Assembly (NCBI GenBank): GCA_020137815.1
Contig: CM035357.1
Location: forward strand, 806,001 to 870,000
DNA from: Hormiphora californensis
Lineage: Eukaryota; Animalia; Ctenophora
Length of the DNA stretch: 64,000 bases
Direction of reading: 5' to 3'
Below the pieces are notes generated by a model. That model was not told the DNA's origin. It ran no database searches and saw only the letters and a program-made list of their open reading frames with translations. This document shows positions 45,201-56,183 of this stretch, in pieces; position 1 is the first letter of the stretch; each line of letters begins with the position of its first letter. The translations under genes and the position numbers were made by a program.

Positions 45201-45772
45201 TTCTCGTACCATTCCATTGAAGAAGTCAGAAGATCTGACTGTGTGATGTTTCTGTATATAATGGGCCGGGTGCATCATCAAAGTGATCTCAGTCGAACTA
45301 CTGAGCTAGGTAACTCGTCATAGTTGGAAATGGACTGCATGGCGGCGCCATACCCCATTTGATCCTCAACAGTGCGCTCAGATAAGTGGATAATATTAAT
45401 TGCATCTCCCTCTCTCCCAGGAGAACAAGTTATTGTCCCAGTCTCTCTAACTCCCTCTCTGTCCCAGTCTCTCTGTCCCAGTCTCTCTAACTCCCCCTCT
45501 CTAACTCCCTCCTTCTCTCCCTCTCTCCCAGGAAAACAATTTATTGTCCCAGTCTCTCTAACTCCCTCTCTGTCCCAGTCTCTCTAACTCCCCCTCTCTA
45601 ACTCCCTCCTTCTCTCCCTCAGGAGAACAAGTTATTGTCCCAGTATCATGGTCGAAGTGGCCCTCCTGGATCCCACTACCTGGACGACGGGGAACTGACC
45701 CTATCTAGAAGGAATGTTCTAGACCCCATTGACAAGAAAAAGAAGAGAAGAAGCAAGCATTTTCTGCAATGA
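24279..45772 (+). CDS. KIF17: Homodimeric kinesin-2 (KIF17/OSM-3), ~33 exons, roughly 1600 aa, with a large repeat insert in the stalk
   Basis: Motor motifs [69 protein letters not shown]17-type tail [55 protein letters not shown], ending [12 protein letters not shown]. All exons I traced join in frame. Confidence 0.9.
26754..27507. mobile_element. pogo/Tc1-type MITE, TA TSD, in a KIF17 intron
   Basis: TA|gggtaagctggggtgaaatggccc ... gggccacttttaccccagcttaccc|TA; internal ggggcaaagtggccc repeats in both orientations. Confidence 0.85.
29496..29578. mobile_element. Micro-MITE with TTGGT termini and 9-bp TSD (others at 35228-35336, 47791-47884, 48434-48511, 52622-52691, ~52820-52889)
   Basis: TSDs gaccatctg, cagtttcat, tgtttttat, gac(t/c)aatct flank ttggt...accaa. 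Confidence 0.85.
30560..31612 (+). repeat. 46-bp minisatellite, 23 copies, each containing a KIF17 splice acceptor
   Basis: Unit tagtaatgtatctaacaactctaattccc(a/c)ctcag|ttaacatcgtc; AG at 30589 through 31601 in 46-bp steps; last copy begins the true exon. Confidence 0.95.
32780..34145. mobile_element. Foldback MITE with ~580-bp arms and TTAA TSD (Kolobok-type termini)
   Basis: TTAA|gggtacgctaaccaaaa ... ttttggttagcgtaccc|TTAA; purine-starting termini favour Kolobok over piggyBac. Confidence 0.85.
34853..35148 (+). repeat. 36-bp minisatellite containing the KIF17 splice donor (about 7 copies)
   Basis: Unit agagggtctagcgagacacag|gtattttattgtcag; true donor 34863, copies at 34926, 34962, 34998, 35034, 35070, 35106. 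Confidence 0.9.
37493..39049. mobile_element. Foldback (Mutator/Merlin-like) element, 9-bp TSD, internal tatagacgcat-type repeats
   Basis: cacaaaaac|ggcaattttgcatttgcggg ... cccgcaaatgcaaaattgcc|cacaaaaac; almost the whole element is an imperfect palindrome. Confidence 0.9.
39146..40348 (-). CDS. Intronless type I membrane protein (signal peptide, PAN/apple-like, ricin-B-like, sushi-like, TM), nested antisense in a KIF17 intron
   Basis: 400-aa ORF; hydrophobic N-terminus ([12 protein letters not shown]), Cys patterns CWDLC..C..C, CL..C..W / CI..C..QVF, C-terminal hydrophobic helix. Domain names are pattern-based. Confidence 0.7.
   Translation of the reverse strand: MVPLSRKSSIMSCFHLALLALIVTSQPEQESAQDTPTSLLQPWIEPPYLGCFRRYTYTTFNTIITMQTGNIIQCWDLCFFNNCQNVIWSIVTGECMLVSKTGLGQKVPSDIHLTASWQCFSFETLPSTGLTSVEDFVELSKETPLLLRKYLEWDKLSCLKAKDGELKWAKCASVQDTWEFEVVGPGAHFLPSSLSVRIRRRESDICITSPIGHPPRWSNETTVTMVTCQNSTSSQVFVMDMKSDTGCGSLMINGSEGTMYYAQIPKPNTRPDVFFDITELALDFCPQPSHLVPCSTGNIKQAYGVPQTNLTTIPRGIEVVMACPGGDRYKAACNNRALSPLIKCREIGDGRDGLEEGKKEVSSKLLYTLYAVSGAFCVCFPFVMAAFVLRCVFYQAKQFE
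40622..40910 (+). repeat. ~69-bp repeat (4 copies) spanning a KIF17 acceptor plus ~30 nt of exon
   Basis: cag|gagatgccactagcagaagaggctg with AG ending at 40653, 40739, 40808, 40877. Confidence 0.9.
42235..43219. mobile_element. TTAA-TSD MITE (Kolobok-type) inserted in an (ACCAA)n tract
   Basis: TTAA|ggccagaggggggggtcc ... ggacccccccccctctggcc|TTAA; internal ~135-bp inverted repeat 42582-42883. Confidence 0.85.
43224..43695. repeat. Compound (ACCAA)n / (ACCAATT)n simple repeat
   Basis: Direct reading; continues the tract at 42211-42230. Confidence 0.9.
43958..44153. repeat. 30-bp minisatellite (about 6 copies) immediately upstream of the acceptor at 44164
   Basis: ctctctagtaaaagtaacgatctcacttgtgtt repeated. 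Confidence 0.9.
45400..45644 (+). repeat. Repeat containing three copies of the KIF17 last-exon acceptor
   Basis: cag|ga(g/a)aacaa(g/t)ttattgtcccagt with AG ending at 45420, 45531, 45622. Confidence 0.9.
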
Positions 45773-46731
45773 GAGATCTATTCAATGAGAGTTATTATGA
45801 TGCAGGTAGGCTTTGTTGAGGCACCCCTTACTCAACAAGGTAGGCTTTTGTATCCGAGTTTTCAGGTCAGACTCGGTGAACTCAGCAAAATATGTTAATT
45901 CCCGAAGCCGAACTATGAAAATGTAGGTCAGATTATTACTAATTGGACCTGTTAATTAACTAATTAATCGATCGTTTGGATACTGATAGTGACATGAAGT
46001 AGAAAGTTGTATAGACGGAGACAGATACTAGATTCTATATTGTGAGCAGATTAGTTATCTTCAGTGTTCATGATCGACCAGATCCTGTCTGGCGTGGCGG
46101 GTCGCCCGACTCCGCATTGGGCCAAAGTTTGATTCCCGACAGTGCGCTCAAATCGGGTCGGCACCGCCACCCCGCCAGACAGTCCATGTCATAGGCGTGT
46201 ATTTCAATTCGGTGCAAATAGTACAGGACAGTTTGTCTTTGTGACTTGGATAAAATATGATGGATTATTGGATCATCATGGATCGAAATCATGATTTGAT
46301 TAATCAGATGTAAAAAGATGTATGTTTTTTGTGTTTCTTTCATGGCTAGTTAATCATTCGTTTGAATTTGAGAGATGCTTCTACTTTATGATACTGACAA
46401 TCATTGCTGATTGGCCAAGTTCAACTACAACGATTGGGCTGAATTTTACATTTACAGTGGTCTTAGGCGCGAAAATATTTATATTTCGTTGCATTTTGTG
46501 CCGCGCGAAAATTCAACTGTGTATTGAACCGCGCGCGGTCAAAATTTAGAATCGAATGTCATGTCTGCTGAACATTTTTTGCCATTTTTTTTCTTCTTTT
46601 TTTACGGTCCTGAGACCTGTGTCACTCAGAACCGAATGCTGAAGTCCTACACCGGCATAGTTTTGGTTACTTTCGATGATACTCTAACTTTTTGAATTTA
46701 AACCAAGCCTTAAAAACACTTAGCTGTCAAA

Positions 46732-49700
46732 ATGCCGCTGTGCTCGCTGAGTGAGAAGTTTGTCACACTGGTTGTAAGCTTCCTGGGTCTGGTGCTCTAC
46801 ATGTTGGTGGGAGCGGCATGTTTCTCAGCGATAGAACTACCATATGAGAAGAACGAGCACAATTTATCAGTTGCAAGGGTTAGTTTTATCGATAAATTGT
46901 CGCTAAACAGAACACTGATAAATCTGACTGGTGATGTTTTCAGTTAAAAGTTGATAATGACTCCGCTGTACCGGCGGTCCAAGCGCTAACATATCGGTAC
47001 AATTCAAGTGCTTGCTTCTCGTTTGAAGCCATTGAGTACCACATTATGGAGGATGACTATAATCACCAAAGAGTGGAAGATGGTTAGTACACAAAACCTC
47101 CTCTAAAATGATATTTCTACCTTAGATTAAATTTTGTTCTACTTTACCGATGATACAACTAGATCCAACAACATAATCTGGTAAGTAATGATGATTTCCC
47201 CCAGGAACCGACCGAATCAGGAAATACTGGTCCCTGATTGGCTGATAACCAGTCACGTGACCTAAATAACCAGTTCTGATTGGCTATTTACTTGTTTCGG
47301 TCGGTTCCTAATTTCCCCTTCCCCCTTCAGATCCGTTAAGTTGGACGTACACCAAATCAGTCATGTTCTCCTTCTCCGTTATGACAACCCTTGGTTACGG
47401 GGATCTGATACCGGTAACAAGGATTAGCAAAGGGATGTCCATGATATTTGGTGTTGCTACAATTCCTCTCTACTTTATAATGGTAATCACCATGCTCGAC
47501 CTCCTCTCCCACTGGGAGCGGGTTCGAACAAACACAGCATTTACCTTTTCATAACGAATTTTCTGTTTATTATTTTTTTCAGATCTGTTAGACTTAGACC
47601 TAAATCAGATCACAGCAAACAATAAATTTTACCAATGTTATGTTATTTAACCAATTATACTTTTCAGGTGATGCTGTATGCAACACAAGGATTGGCTCTC
47701 CTAGATATAATTATTGATTCGTTAATTTCGGAGCGTCACAAATCCAAGGTAAACAAAACTGATATATCATTTGCCTTTCTGTGTTTTTATTTGGTGGCGC
47801 CGTCACCTCTACAACTCAGCCCGCCACGCGGGCTTCGTTTTGGTGCACTACGCGCACGAGTTGTAAGGGTGACTGCGTCACCAATGTTTTTATCGGCCAC
47901 CATGTTTTATTTGGGAATGTAAACACCCAACAGGGTAGCATAGTACATTATTTTATTGACCAGGAACCGACCGAATTAGGAAATACGGGTCCCTGATTCG
48001 CTGATAACCAGTCACGCGACCAAAATAAAGAGTTCTGATTGGTTGTTTACTTGTTTCGGTCGGTTCCTGTTATTGATCTAGCCAATGTCACGCTACTACC
48101 CCCATAAAGTTACCACTTTGTAGTGCCACGTCACCTTTCAACCTCTCAGGTTCGAGCGGGAATCCTCGGTGGGATCTTCCTGATTCTGGTTTTGGTCTTC
48201 ACGGGGGTGTACACAGCACGACATGACATCGACTACCTCAATGCGATGTGGTTTACTTTTGCAACTTTCACCACTATTGGATTTGGAGGTTCGTTAAAAG
48301 TATATGCAGGTGTTGGTCCATAAATCCCCCAGCCTCATAATTTATATGGACTGTATTATATTCGTCTGATAAAACTGAATTGACAAGCAACATGATACAG
48401 TTAGACCTCGATTTATCATACCTCGACTAATCTTTGGTAACGAAATTACGGCATTGCGATAGTAAGGCACGTTTTAGCGTGCCCGCAATGTAGGGGTAAT
48501 TGCGTTACCAAGACCAATCTGCAATCGTGCACAAAAACCCTTCCCTGGAGTTCAGTAATTTGAGGTTTTACAGTACCACACCGAGGATACAAACTCAATA
48601 CTTGCCTAGTAAATGTAAAGGAGGGTTAAAACATAACATCCCGTTTTTCAGATATGGTACCTGATAACACCAGCTCCTTTCACGCGTTTTATTTCATTGT
48701 CTTCACAACGATATCCTACATTGTCATCGCGATGATCGCCCTCTCTCTCCAGGACCACTTCCTAACTGTAAGAATCTTGTTAAAGTTGGACTGTTTGAAG
48801 TTATCAACCCAAAAACAAACCTGTGCACGAGAAGGGGGGATGAAAATTTCCCACTTAACCCCATCTAACCAACGGGTCCGTCTTCTGACGTGTGTATTTA
48901 TTTTCAGATGTATAGAAACGTATCACGACTCAGCCGGAATTTCTGCAAAATGCTTTGTATTTGTGACGTCATACCAACCCAGGTAGGACGGGGCAGAGAA
49001 ATGTACATTATTCTACCTACCTTTACTCCGCAGGCCCTCCGGGCCCTCAGATCTAACAGGATCCGGGCTGGGGGGATTTAACGGGGGGGGGGGCCAACGA
49101 ATTTTTTATATATTTCCTTAATTTTGGAATTTTTTATATATATATAAAAATATATAAAAATATATAAAAATATATAAAAAATATATAAAAATATATAAAG
49201 TTATATAAATAATATATAAAAATATATAAAAATATATAAAATAAACCCTTTTTTCACCCCTTTTACTTTCAAAAAAGGGGATTATTTCCATCTATTGTTC
49301 ACTTGAATATGTTTCATAGAGTTAATTTAAGTGTTTGAGAGGGTGATAGCTGTTTTACATAATTGAGAATGTGTTCAAAAGTGAATTATGCACTGTCAAA
49401 AGTAGAACTGGTGAAGAGAGGTTCCGGCCTAATAATATCTACCAGTTTTGGTGTGATTTCAATCATTTTTTGTATGTTGATCCGTGAATATGTACTAGAA
49501 CTGGTGAAGAGAGGTTGGGATCGCGAAACTAAAAAAACAAATCATTTTTGACGTCATTTTGACGTCATGAAGTTATTGACGCGACGTCACGATGTTACAA
49601 ACGTCACATTGATGACGGAAAATCATCAGGATTATCTAGATGAAGATGCTGACCAAGTTTGAGATCAATTGAATGATATTTGATCCCGCTATGGCGAAAA

Positions 49701-49982
49701 ACAGCTTTCTGTTTTCACACTTTCGGCACAATTTTTTATATATTTTTATATATTTTTTATATATTTTTATATATTTTTATATATTCATATGTATTTTTAT
49801 ATATTTTTATATATTTTATATATATATAAAAAATTATGTTTTTTTTTTCCAAAAAAAAGGTATATAAAATATATAAAAATATATAAAAAATGAGCGTTGG
49901 CCCCCCCCCCCCCCCCCCGATTTAACCCTGTTCTCGCATGGGGCCTTACGGCCCCATCTGGGATTGGTGTGTGTAGTGGACC

Positions 49983-50019
<37 letters not shown>

Positions 50020-50690
50020 GGGATGTGGACTGCATATTGTGCTCATTCCTGATTGTAGTCCACCCTACCTTTATGTTGCAGCTTGTGTTGTACAGCTTGC
50101 TCGAATACTCGACCCTCTCACGATCAAAGAAAGGGTGGGGCATTGTGAGCACCCTAACTACATTTCAAATGCACAGCTCTCTTTGGAAACCACCAAGAGA
50201 GATGCTGACCCTGTTTTCACTGTCTTATAAAATTGTCCCGTCGCATGAGAACAGCAGAAAATTATGCTGGGGACATTCGTTTTAGAACAAAATTTATGCC
50301 ACCACATGACACATTCACACCGACACGATTCTTGTCACTGTCAGTTCACCAAGTAAGGAGAAAAGCTGTTAAATATGTGTCAAAATGTCATAAAATTCCT
50401 CCTTTTGCATTTAATATTTTAAATATAATTCACAACTATTTCGAAACTGATGGCGATATTTTCATTCCCAGAAATTCCCTCTCCACAATGACCCGACTCT
50501 AGGAAGGAATAAATTGCATCACACTGTAATTATTTCAAAAGTGTTGGTTAGATCAATATATATGACACCTGAATATCTCTCTCAGGAGGGGACACCTCGC
50601 ATGACACGACTCAGAGACACACGACGCATTGCTGAAATGGAAGCAGTCCCTTACGATTTGGAAACGGAAGAAGAACGGGCCTTTGCATAG
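46732..50690 (+). CDS. Two-pore-domain (K2P/KCNK family) potassium channel
   Basis: M1 YMLVGAACFSAIELPYE; P1 FSFSVMTTLGYGDLIP (exon from 47331); P2 WFTFATFTTIGFG|DMVP (exons 48150-48288, 48652-); last exon 50586-50690. Confidence 0.9.
47202..47310. mobile_element. hAT-type MITE, 8-bp TSD (others at 44805-44884 and 47961-48069)
   Basis: atttcccc|caggaaccgaccga ... tcggtcggttccta|atttcccc; second copy has ttattga(c/t) TSD. Confidence 0.85.
49057..49930. mobile_element. AT-rich inverted-repeat element in a K2P channel intron
   Basis: (G)n-ccaacg ... cgttgg-(C)n ends with mirrored tatataaaaa / tttttatata arrays; TSD not resolved. Confidence 0.55.
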
Positions 50691-52230
50691 CTCTCATCTT
50701 CTCTTATAATACCGCTAATTAATTATATATCAGCTAATTAATTATACATCAGCTAATTATAATTATAGCTACATCACATTTATAGTTTACTGCTGCATGG
50801 AGTCTTCAGAAATCATTACGAGATGAAAAGTGAAGTCTCTCTTGCTGATGTAAAATGTTAAGGGGATGGAGTGTAATTATACTGCACTGTGTGAGAGACA
50901 ATGATTGTATATGTATAGAGGTGGGGTAGTGAGAGCTTTAGGAGGTGGGTAGAGCGAGGGGGTAGGCGGAGAGATGGGCTGGGTCAATTTTAAGGAGAAG
51001 GCTGTTTTTAGATTTTTTAGATCTGAGAGAAACGATCAGAGTATATAGAGTAGAGAAAGAGAAGCGATCACACATGATGATCTGTGTGTGTGTTCTAGAT
51101 CCAATGTGTGTATCATGGTAGCCCCCCAGCAGCTGTTCAGGTATTAGGTTACCATGGCAACAACGGGGGGGGGGGGATCTATTGCTGTGGTTGACAACGG
51201 AGGGCCCTCCTCTCAGCAGATCTATGTGATTAACAACCAATCTGCTAAATACCACCAGCTGAGGAACAGCAGCTCGTTGGTCTAGAGGAGGTACAGATAT
51301 TATAGGAAGGCTTCAAGATTTGGGTGTGATGGTGGTTTTAGGATTTTAGGAGGGTCGTGGGGTGGTTTTAAGATTTTTGGCGCTTTAACATGGTTTTATG
51401 TTTTTGGTCGGGTGGTGATTTTAGGATTTAGCGGGGGGGATTTTAGGCGTGTTGGTGGTTTTAAGATTTTATCTTTCACGGAGAGACATCCATATAATAT
51501 GGTTTGGTTGACTCCTTCTCCCATCGTAGAAAAAGTCAGAACTCAGAAGGATTAGAACAAACTACAAAGCTTGATGGGTTTGAATCATTCGGGTTGTCTT
51601 TTTTATATTTTAGTTATCTGTTATCTTTTTATCTAGTTTGATTCAGAAAATGTCAGTAGAATAAATTATTAGTTTTATATTTTATTCTAGCTGTATAGAA
51701 CGTGCTGAAAGTGAGAAATCGGTACACCATTTTCAAAGTGAAGCGTACGACGTACGTTGAAGTTACTAAACTAAGAAGAACTTTCTTTTATCCCTCTTGA
51801 TAATAGTATATGTGATTAATCACAATTTCATTCGGTATTACCTGACTAGCGGACTTTTTGATTCGCTCAGATCGAGTCGGTATCTGCCGCTGTGTCATCC
51901 AGTACCCTTTTTTGTGAATCGTTTTATTGGAATACAAAATAGCAGTACATTATATTATTATTATGCCAGCAATTTTATTATAGAGTACTTATAAATTCTA
52001 TAACTATGTACAGCTGTTATATATTCATAGTTGATTAGTATAATTAGTATATAAATTAGAACAACTTGATTGTGCACTTTTACATTTTTGCTGATTTAAT
52101 CAATTAACATTCTGCGTTTGATGACTCCCCCCACTAACGATCTGTAACCATGGTTACCACTAACTGACTCCCCACTAACGGTATGTAACCATGGTTACCA
52201 CTACTTTATACAGGTTTCACCATCTAGCTA

Positions 52231-53363
52231 ATGTTGTGTAGACGTTACGTACCAGGTGCTACTCTCCTACATTCCCCATTCAAAGCCCCTTTCACACAGT
52301 CTCGCACTTTTTTTGGTGAGTTTCTGCAACGTGGAAGTTTTTTTAGAGGTTGGGAATTACAAAGGTGACTGTCACCGCTCTGGTACGGTAAAATGTTATT
52401 TATATAAGTGCTGTTATAAAGGTGATATAGTAGTGTTTCAGATTTTAGTTTCGAGCATTATATATCGTTTATGACGATATCTTTTAAAAGAGATAATGGA
52501 TGTTGTAAATTAGTCACAGATAGACATATTTTCTACCTTGCTAAATTCTTTCAAAATCTCTCTTCTAGTACACTTAATATTTTAATGATCTATCTCCCAT
52601 TATTTAGGCACTATATAATATTTGGTTACGAAGTCACCCCTTTTATTGCATATAATGAGCAATAATAACAGAGGAGTAATTTCATAACCAAATATAATAC
52701 AGTCGGACCCCGATTTACCGGGATGCTCGGGGAAAGGGTTTTGCCCGGTAAATCGGGGTGCCCGGTATATCGGTATATCCTATTATTTAGGCACTTATAT
52801 TATTATAACTATATAATATTTGGTTACGAAGTCACCCCTTTTATTGCATATAATGAGCAATAATAACAGAGGAGTAATTTCATTACCAAATATTAAATAT
52901 TCATTAACTGTACAGGCCGATTCAGAAGATTCAAGAATAACCGAGTTGATGAAGTGCGGCTGAAGCATCTTGGAGCGGACAAGCTTAGTAGCGAATGGAT
53001 ACTATTGTAAGAGATAATTTGTTAAGTGATTACGGCACCACCTTATTTTGAGAGAGAGACAGAGACAAAGACAGAGACAGAGACAGAGACAGAGACAGAG
53101 ACAGAGACAGAGACAGAGACAGAGACAGAGACAGAGACAGAGACAGAGACAGAGACAGAGACAGAGATAATTGAATGTGGTCAAAAATACATTTCTTCCT
53201 CACTGTTTCAGGAACAGAGGGAGAGTAAAGGTGTATGGGCCAGGGTATGACTCTTCTCAGAATTGGTTAACAGATTTCCAGGAAATTGACCAGTGGAACT
53301 TTCAACTAGGTTTCAGATTGACACACATTGACGCATCTGATACGGAAGTTACTGATTTGGGTG

Positions 53364-53454
<91 letters not shown>

Positions 53455-53812
53455 CTCTCTCTCTCTCCCTCTCTCTCCCTCTCTCTCTTTCTCTCTCTCT
53501 CACCCTCTTTCTCTATTTTCAGGCTTCCGTCATCTGCGGAACACCATTTACCTACAACAAGCCACATTCTCAAACTGCAGACACGTCACAGATGCAGCTC
53601 TTCCCAACCTTATCTCAAGCTCGGAGGCTGGATCACTGAAATCTTTAGATCTCTCAGGGACTATGATAACACCTGACTCTCTTGATGTGTTAACCCAGTT
53701 AACATCATTAAAAGTGTTAGATTTAAAAAATTGTGCAGGGTTGGAGAGTTATAAAGAAATAATGTTGGAGACGTTAAAAAGTGAATTGTTAAATTGTAAA
53801 GTTATCATGTGA
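52231..53812 (+). CDS. ATP5S: ATP synthase subunit s / coupling factor B (LRR protein)
   Basis: Exons 52231-52315, 52916-53006, 53212-53360, 53523-53812; basic targeting peptide; NRVDEVRLKHLGADKLSSEWILLNRGRVK and IDASDTEVTDLGFRHL parallel human NKVDYDRIRDVGPDRAASEWLLRCG and IDATDSCIMSIGFDHM (recalled). Confidence 0.8.
53056..53500. repeat. (GAGACA)n (53056-53166) and (CT)n (53368-53500) intronic microsatellites
   Basis: Direct reading. Confidence 0.95.
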
Positions 53813-53959
53813 TTAAGAAGGAGATCTGGGCTAAATGTTTTTATATTAATGTGTAATAATAATAATAATTAATCCCTGATCCTAAAACCCTATACCAAAA
53901 TAACTTTAATTATTTCGCTCAACCCCGAATAATCTCACACTATTAATCCTAGTTTAGCA

Positions 53960-55421
53960 ATGTTGTCCAGAGTTGTTACTCGTGTCCCTACAGCAGCTGC
54001 AGCAGCCCCACTGGTTCAAAGGGCCTGTTACCACAAGAACGTCATAGATCACTACGAAAATCCTAGGTATGTATTTTAATGTTGGGGGATTTTATTGTTA
54101 ATCAAGTCATATTTTCGTTGTCTAATATGGTTTCCTGACCTCACTTACTGTCCCATGTCAGAGTTGTACTACTCAACAGGAGTGTTAATTACTGCTAATT
54201 AATTAAGATTGTACCCCTTTGCAGGAATGTGGGATCCTTCAAGAAGAGTGAGCAGAATGTGGGTACTGGGCTTGTTGGTGCACCCGCGTGCGGTGACGTC
54301 ATGAAGTTACAGGTATTATAGGATGTTGGAGAGACATGACGACTGACGTCATCATGTTGTGATATATGATGTAGTGACATTGGAGATATTGGAGAGATCA
54401 TGTTGTGCCACATGTCCAGTTTACTTCCATATATTACAACACTGTTTTTTTTCGGAAATCAGTATAGAAGTGTCCAGCTAGATCTAACGGTTGGATCTAA
54501 CTGGAAACTAACTAGTTAAATTCTAACAGCACCATATTCTAGTTGAAGGTCGATAAGGATGGTAAGATTATTGACGCAAAGTTCAAAACATTTGGTTGTG
54601 GTTCAGCCATTGCATCTTCCTCCTTAGCAACAGAATGGGTCAAGGGAAAACATGTAAGTCTAGCATAAACCACACGTGAAGATATTCGAATTTAGAGGTA
54701 GAACAATTTGCATTGTGCAATGTGCAGTGTTTTGTCTCCATCTAGAGTGTATGTTACAAAGTGAAACAAGCGGTTTCAGAGAACTACAATTTTAGTGTAT
54801 GTTATGGAGTTTTATTTACACTTTTACTGTTTACATGATCCATTTTGTCTTCACATTATCGTCACATGCTGCATGTCTGTTTCCATCAATAACTTTGCAT
54901 TTCCTAGGTTGATGAAGCTGTTAAGATTAAAAACACAGATATTGCCAAGGAGTTGTGCCTTCCACCTGTTAAACTTCACTGCTCTAGTAAGTATGGGTGG
55001 TTACTAGAGGAGGGGGTGGTTACTGGTTACTAGGGGAGGGGTGGTTACTATGGGGAGTGGGTGGTTACTAGGGGAGGGGGTGGTTACTATGGGGAGTGGG
55101 TGGTTACTAGGAGAGGGGGTGGTTACTAGGGGAGGGGGTGGTTACTATGGGGATTGGGTGGTTACTAGGGGAGGGGGTGGTTACTGGTTACTAGGGGAGG
55201 GGGTGGTTACTATGGGGAGGGGTGGTTACTAGGGGGGTTGCTATGGTGACACCGCCACCTGATTATTGCTCTATGTGTCTACCAAGATACAGTTTGAACG
55301 GTTCAATTTGTGTGTAAAACTAAAAACAATCAGTAGTTCTATCAGATCTCTATTTTCAGTGCTCGCAGAAGACGCTATCAGGGCGGCCATATCAGACTAT
55401 CGAACCAAAAGGACCGACTGA
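53960..55421 (+). CDS. ISCU: Mitochondrial iron-sulfur cluster scaffold protein
   Basis: Five exons giving [64 protein letters not shown]. Confidence 0.97.
54995..55250. repeat. G-rich 17-20-bp repeat (ggggagggggtggttacta) in ISCU intron 4
   Basis: About 12 imperfect copies starting just after the donor. Confidence 0.9.
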
Positions 55422-56183
55422 ACCATCTAAAGAGGGAACGGATAACACTTTGTGTTTACTAAAATTCAGAATTCTCAGACTGGCACTACATGCAGTTTAA
55501 GGTGGACATCTGTACTACAATGTAGTGCCACTAGGATTACGGAGCTGGGGTCAGTGTGCCTTGCTCCAAGTTAAAAACTCTGAAAACCTTTTTTTTATCT
55601 AGTAAAAGCTCTATTTTCTGTTTTTTTGAGCCCCTCTCTTTACCCGTGACCTAAGGAAATTGGGGCTGAGAAACTCAAGATGATATATATTTGGTAATTT
55701 TTGTATACCATGAATATAGGATGAAGATTGAAAGATAGAAAGATAGAAAGATAGATTCAGTATATTGACAGTAAAGAAGATAGTCTCTAGAGAAGGGAGA
55801 TGCTATATAAGAGATTTGTAATACACTAATACAATTCTACCACCCAACTGATTGATTGTTGCTTTGTTCTAATCACGTGATATACCGTAACAATAGAGCA
55901 CACGTGCTTTTATTGGAGTGGGGTCCTCCAGGGACCTCACCCCCGCTCGCATCGCCTCTCGGGCCGCTCCGCGCCTATCTCTCTCTCTCACTCTCTCGCT
56001 TAGCTCTCCTCTCTCTACTCTCGCTCTCTCTCTCTCTCTTCTTTCTCTCTCGATCTCTCTCTCCCTCTCTCTCTCTCCTCTCTCACCTAGCTACCCAAAT
56101 CACTCCACACCACTCTCACTCATATCTCTTCGTCTTCGCGTCTGCTCTCCTCGACGCGCTCTGCAACCCATCCACACTTCATA

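Noticed and set aside
50938-51600. Minus-strand gene between the K2P channel and ATP5S
   Set aside because: Strongly strand-biased low-complexity sequence; the 105-aa ORF has no ATG start or recognisable motif. It could be UTR or lncRNA but that cannot be supported from sequence alone.
52597-52895. Duplicated ATP5S exon
   Set aside because: The duplicated unit is a TTGGT micro-MITE plus flank next to a one-ended Tigger-like MITE; ATP5S exons join in frame without it.
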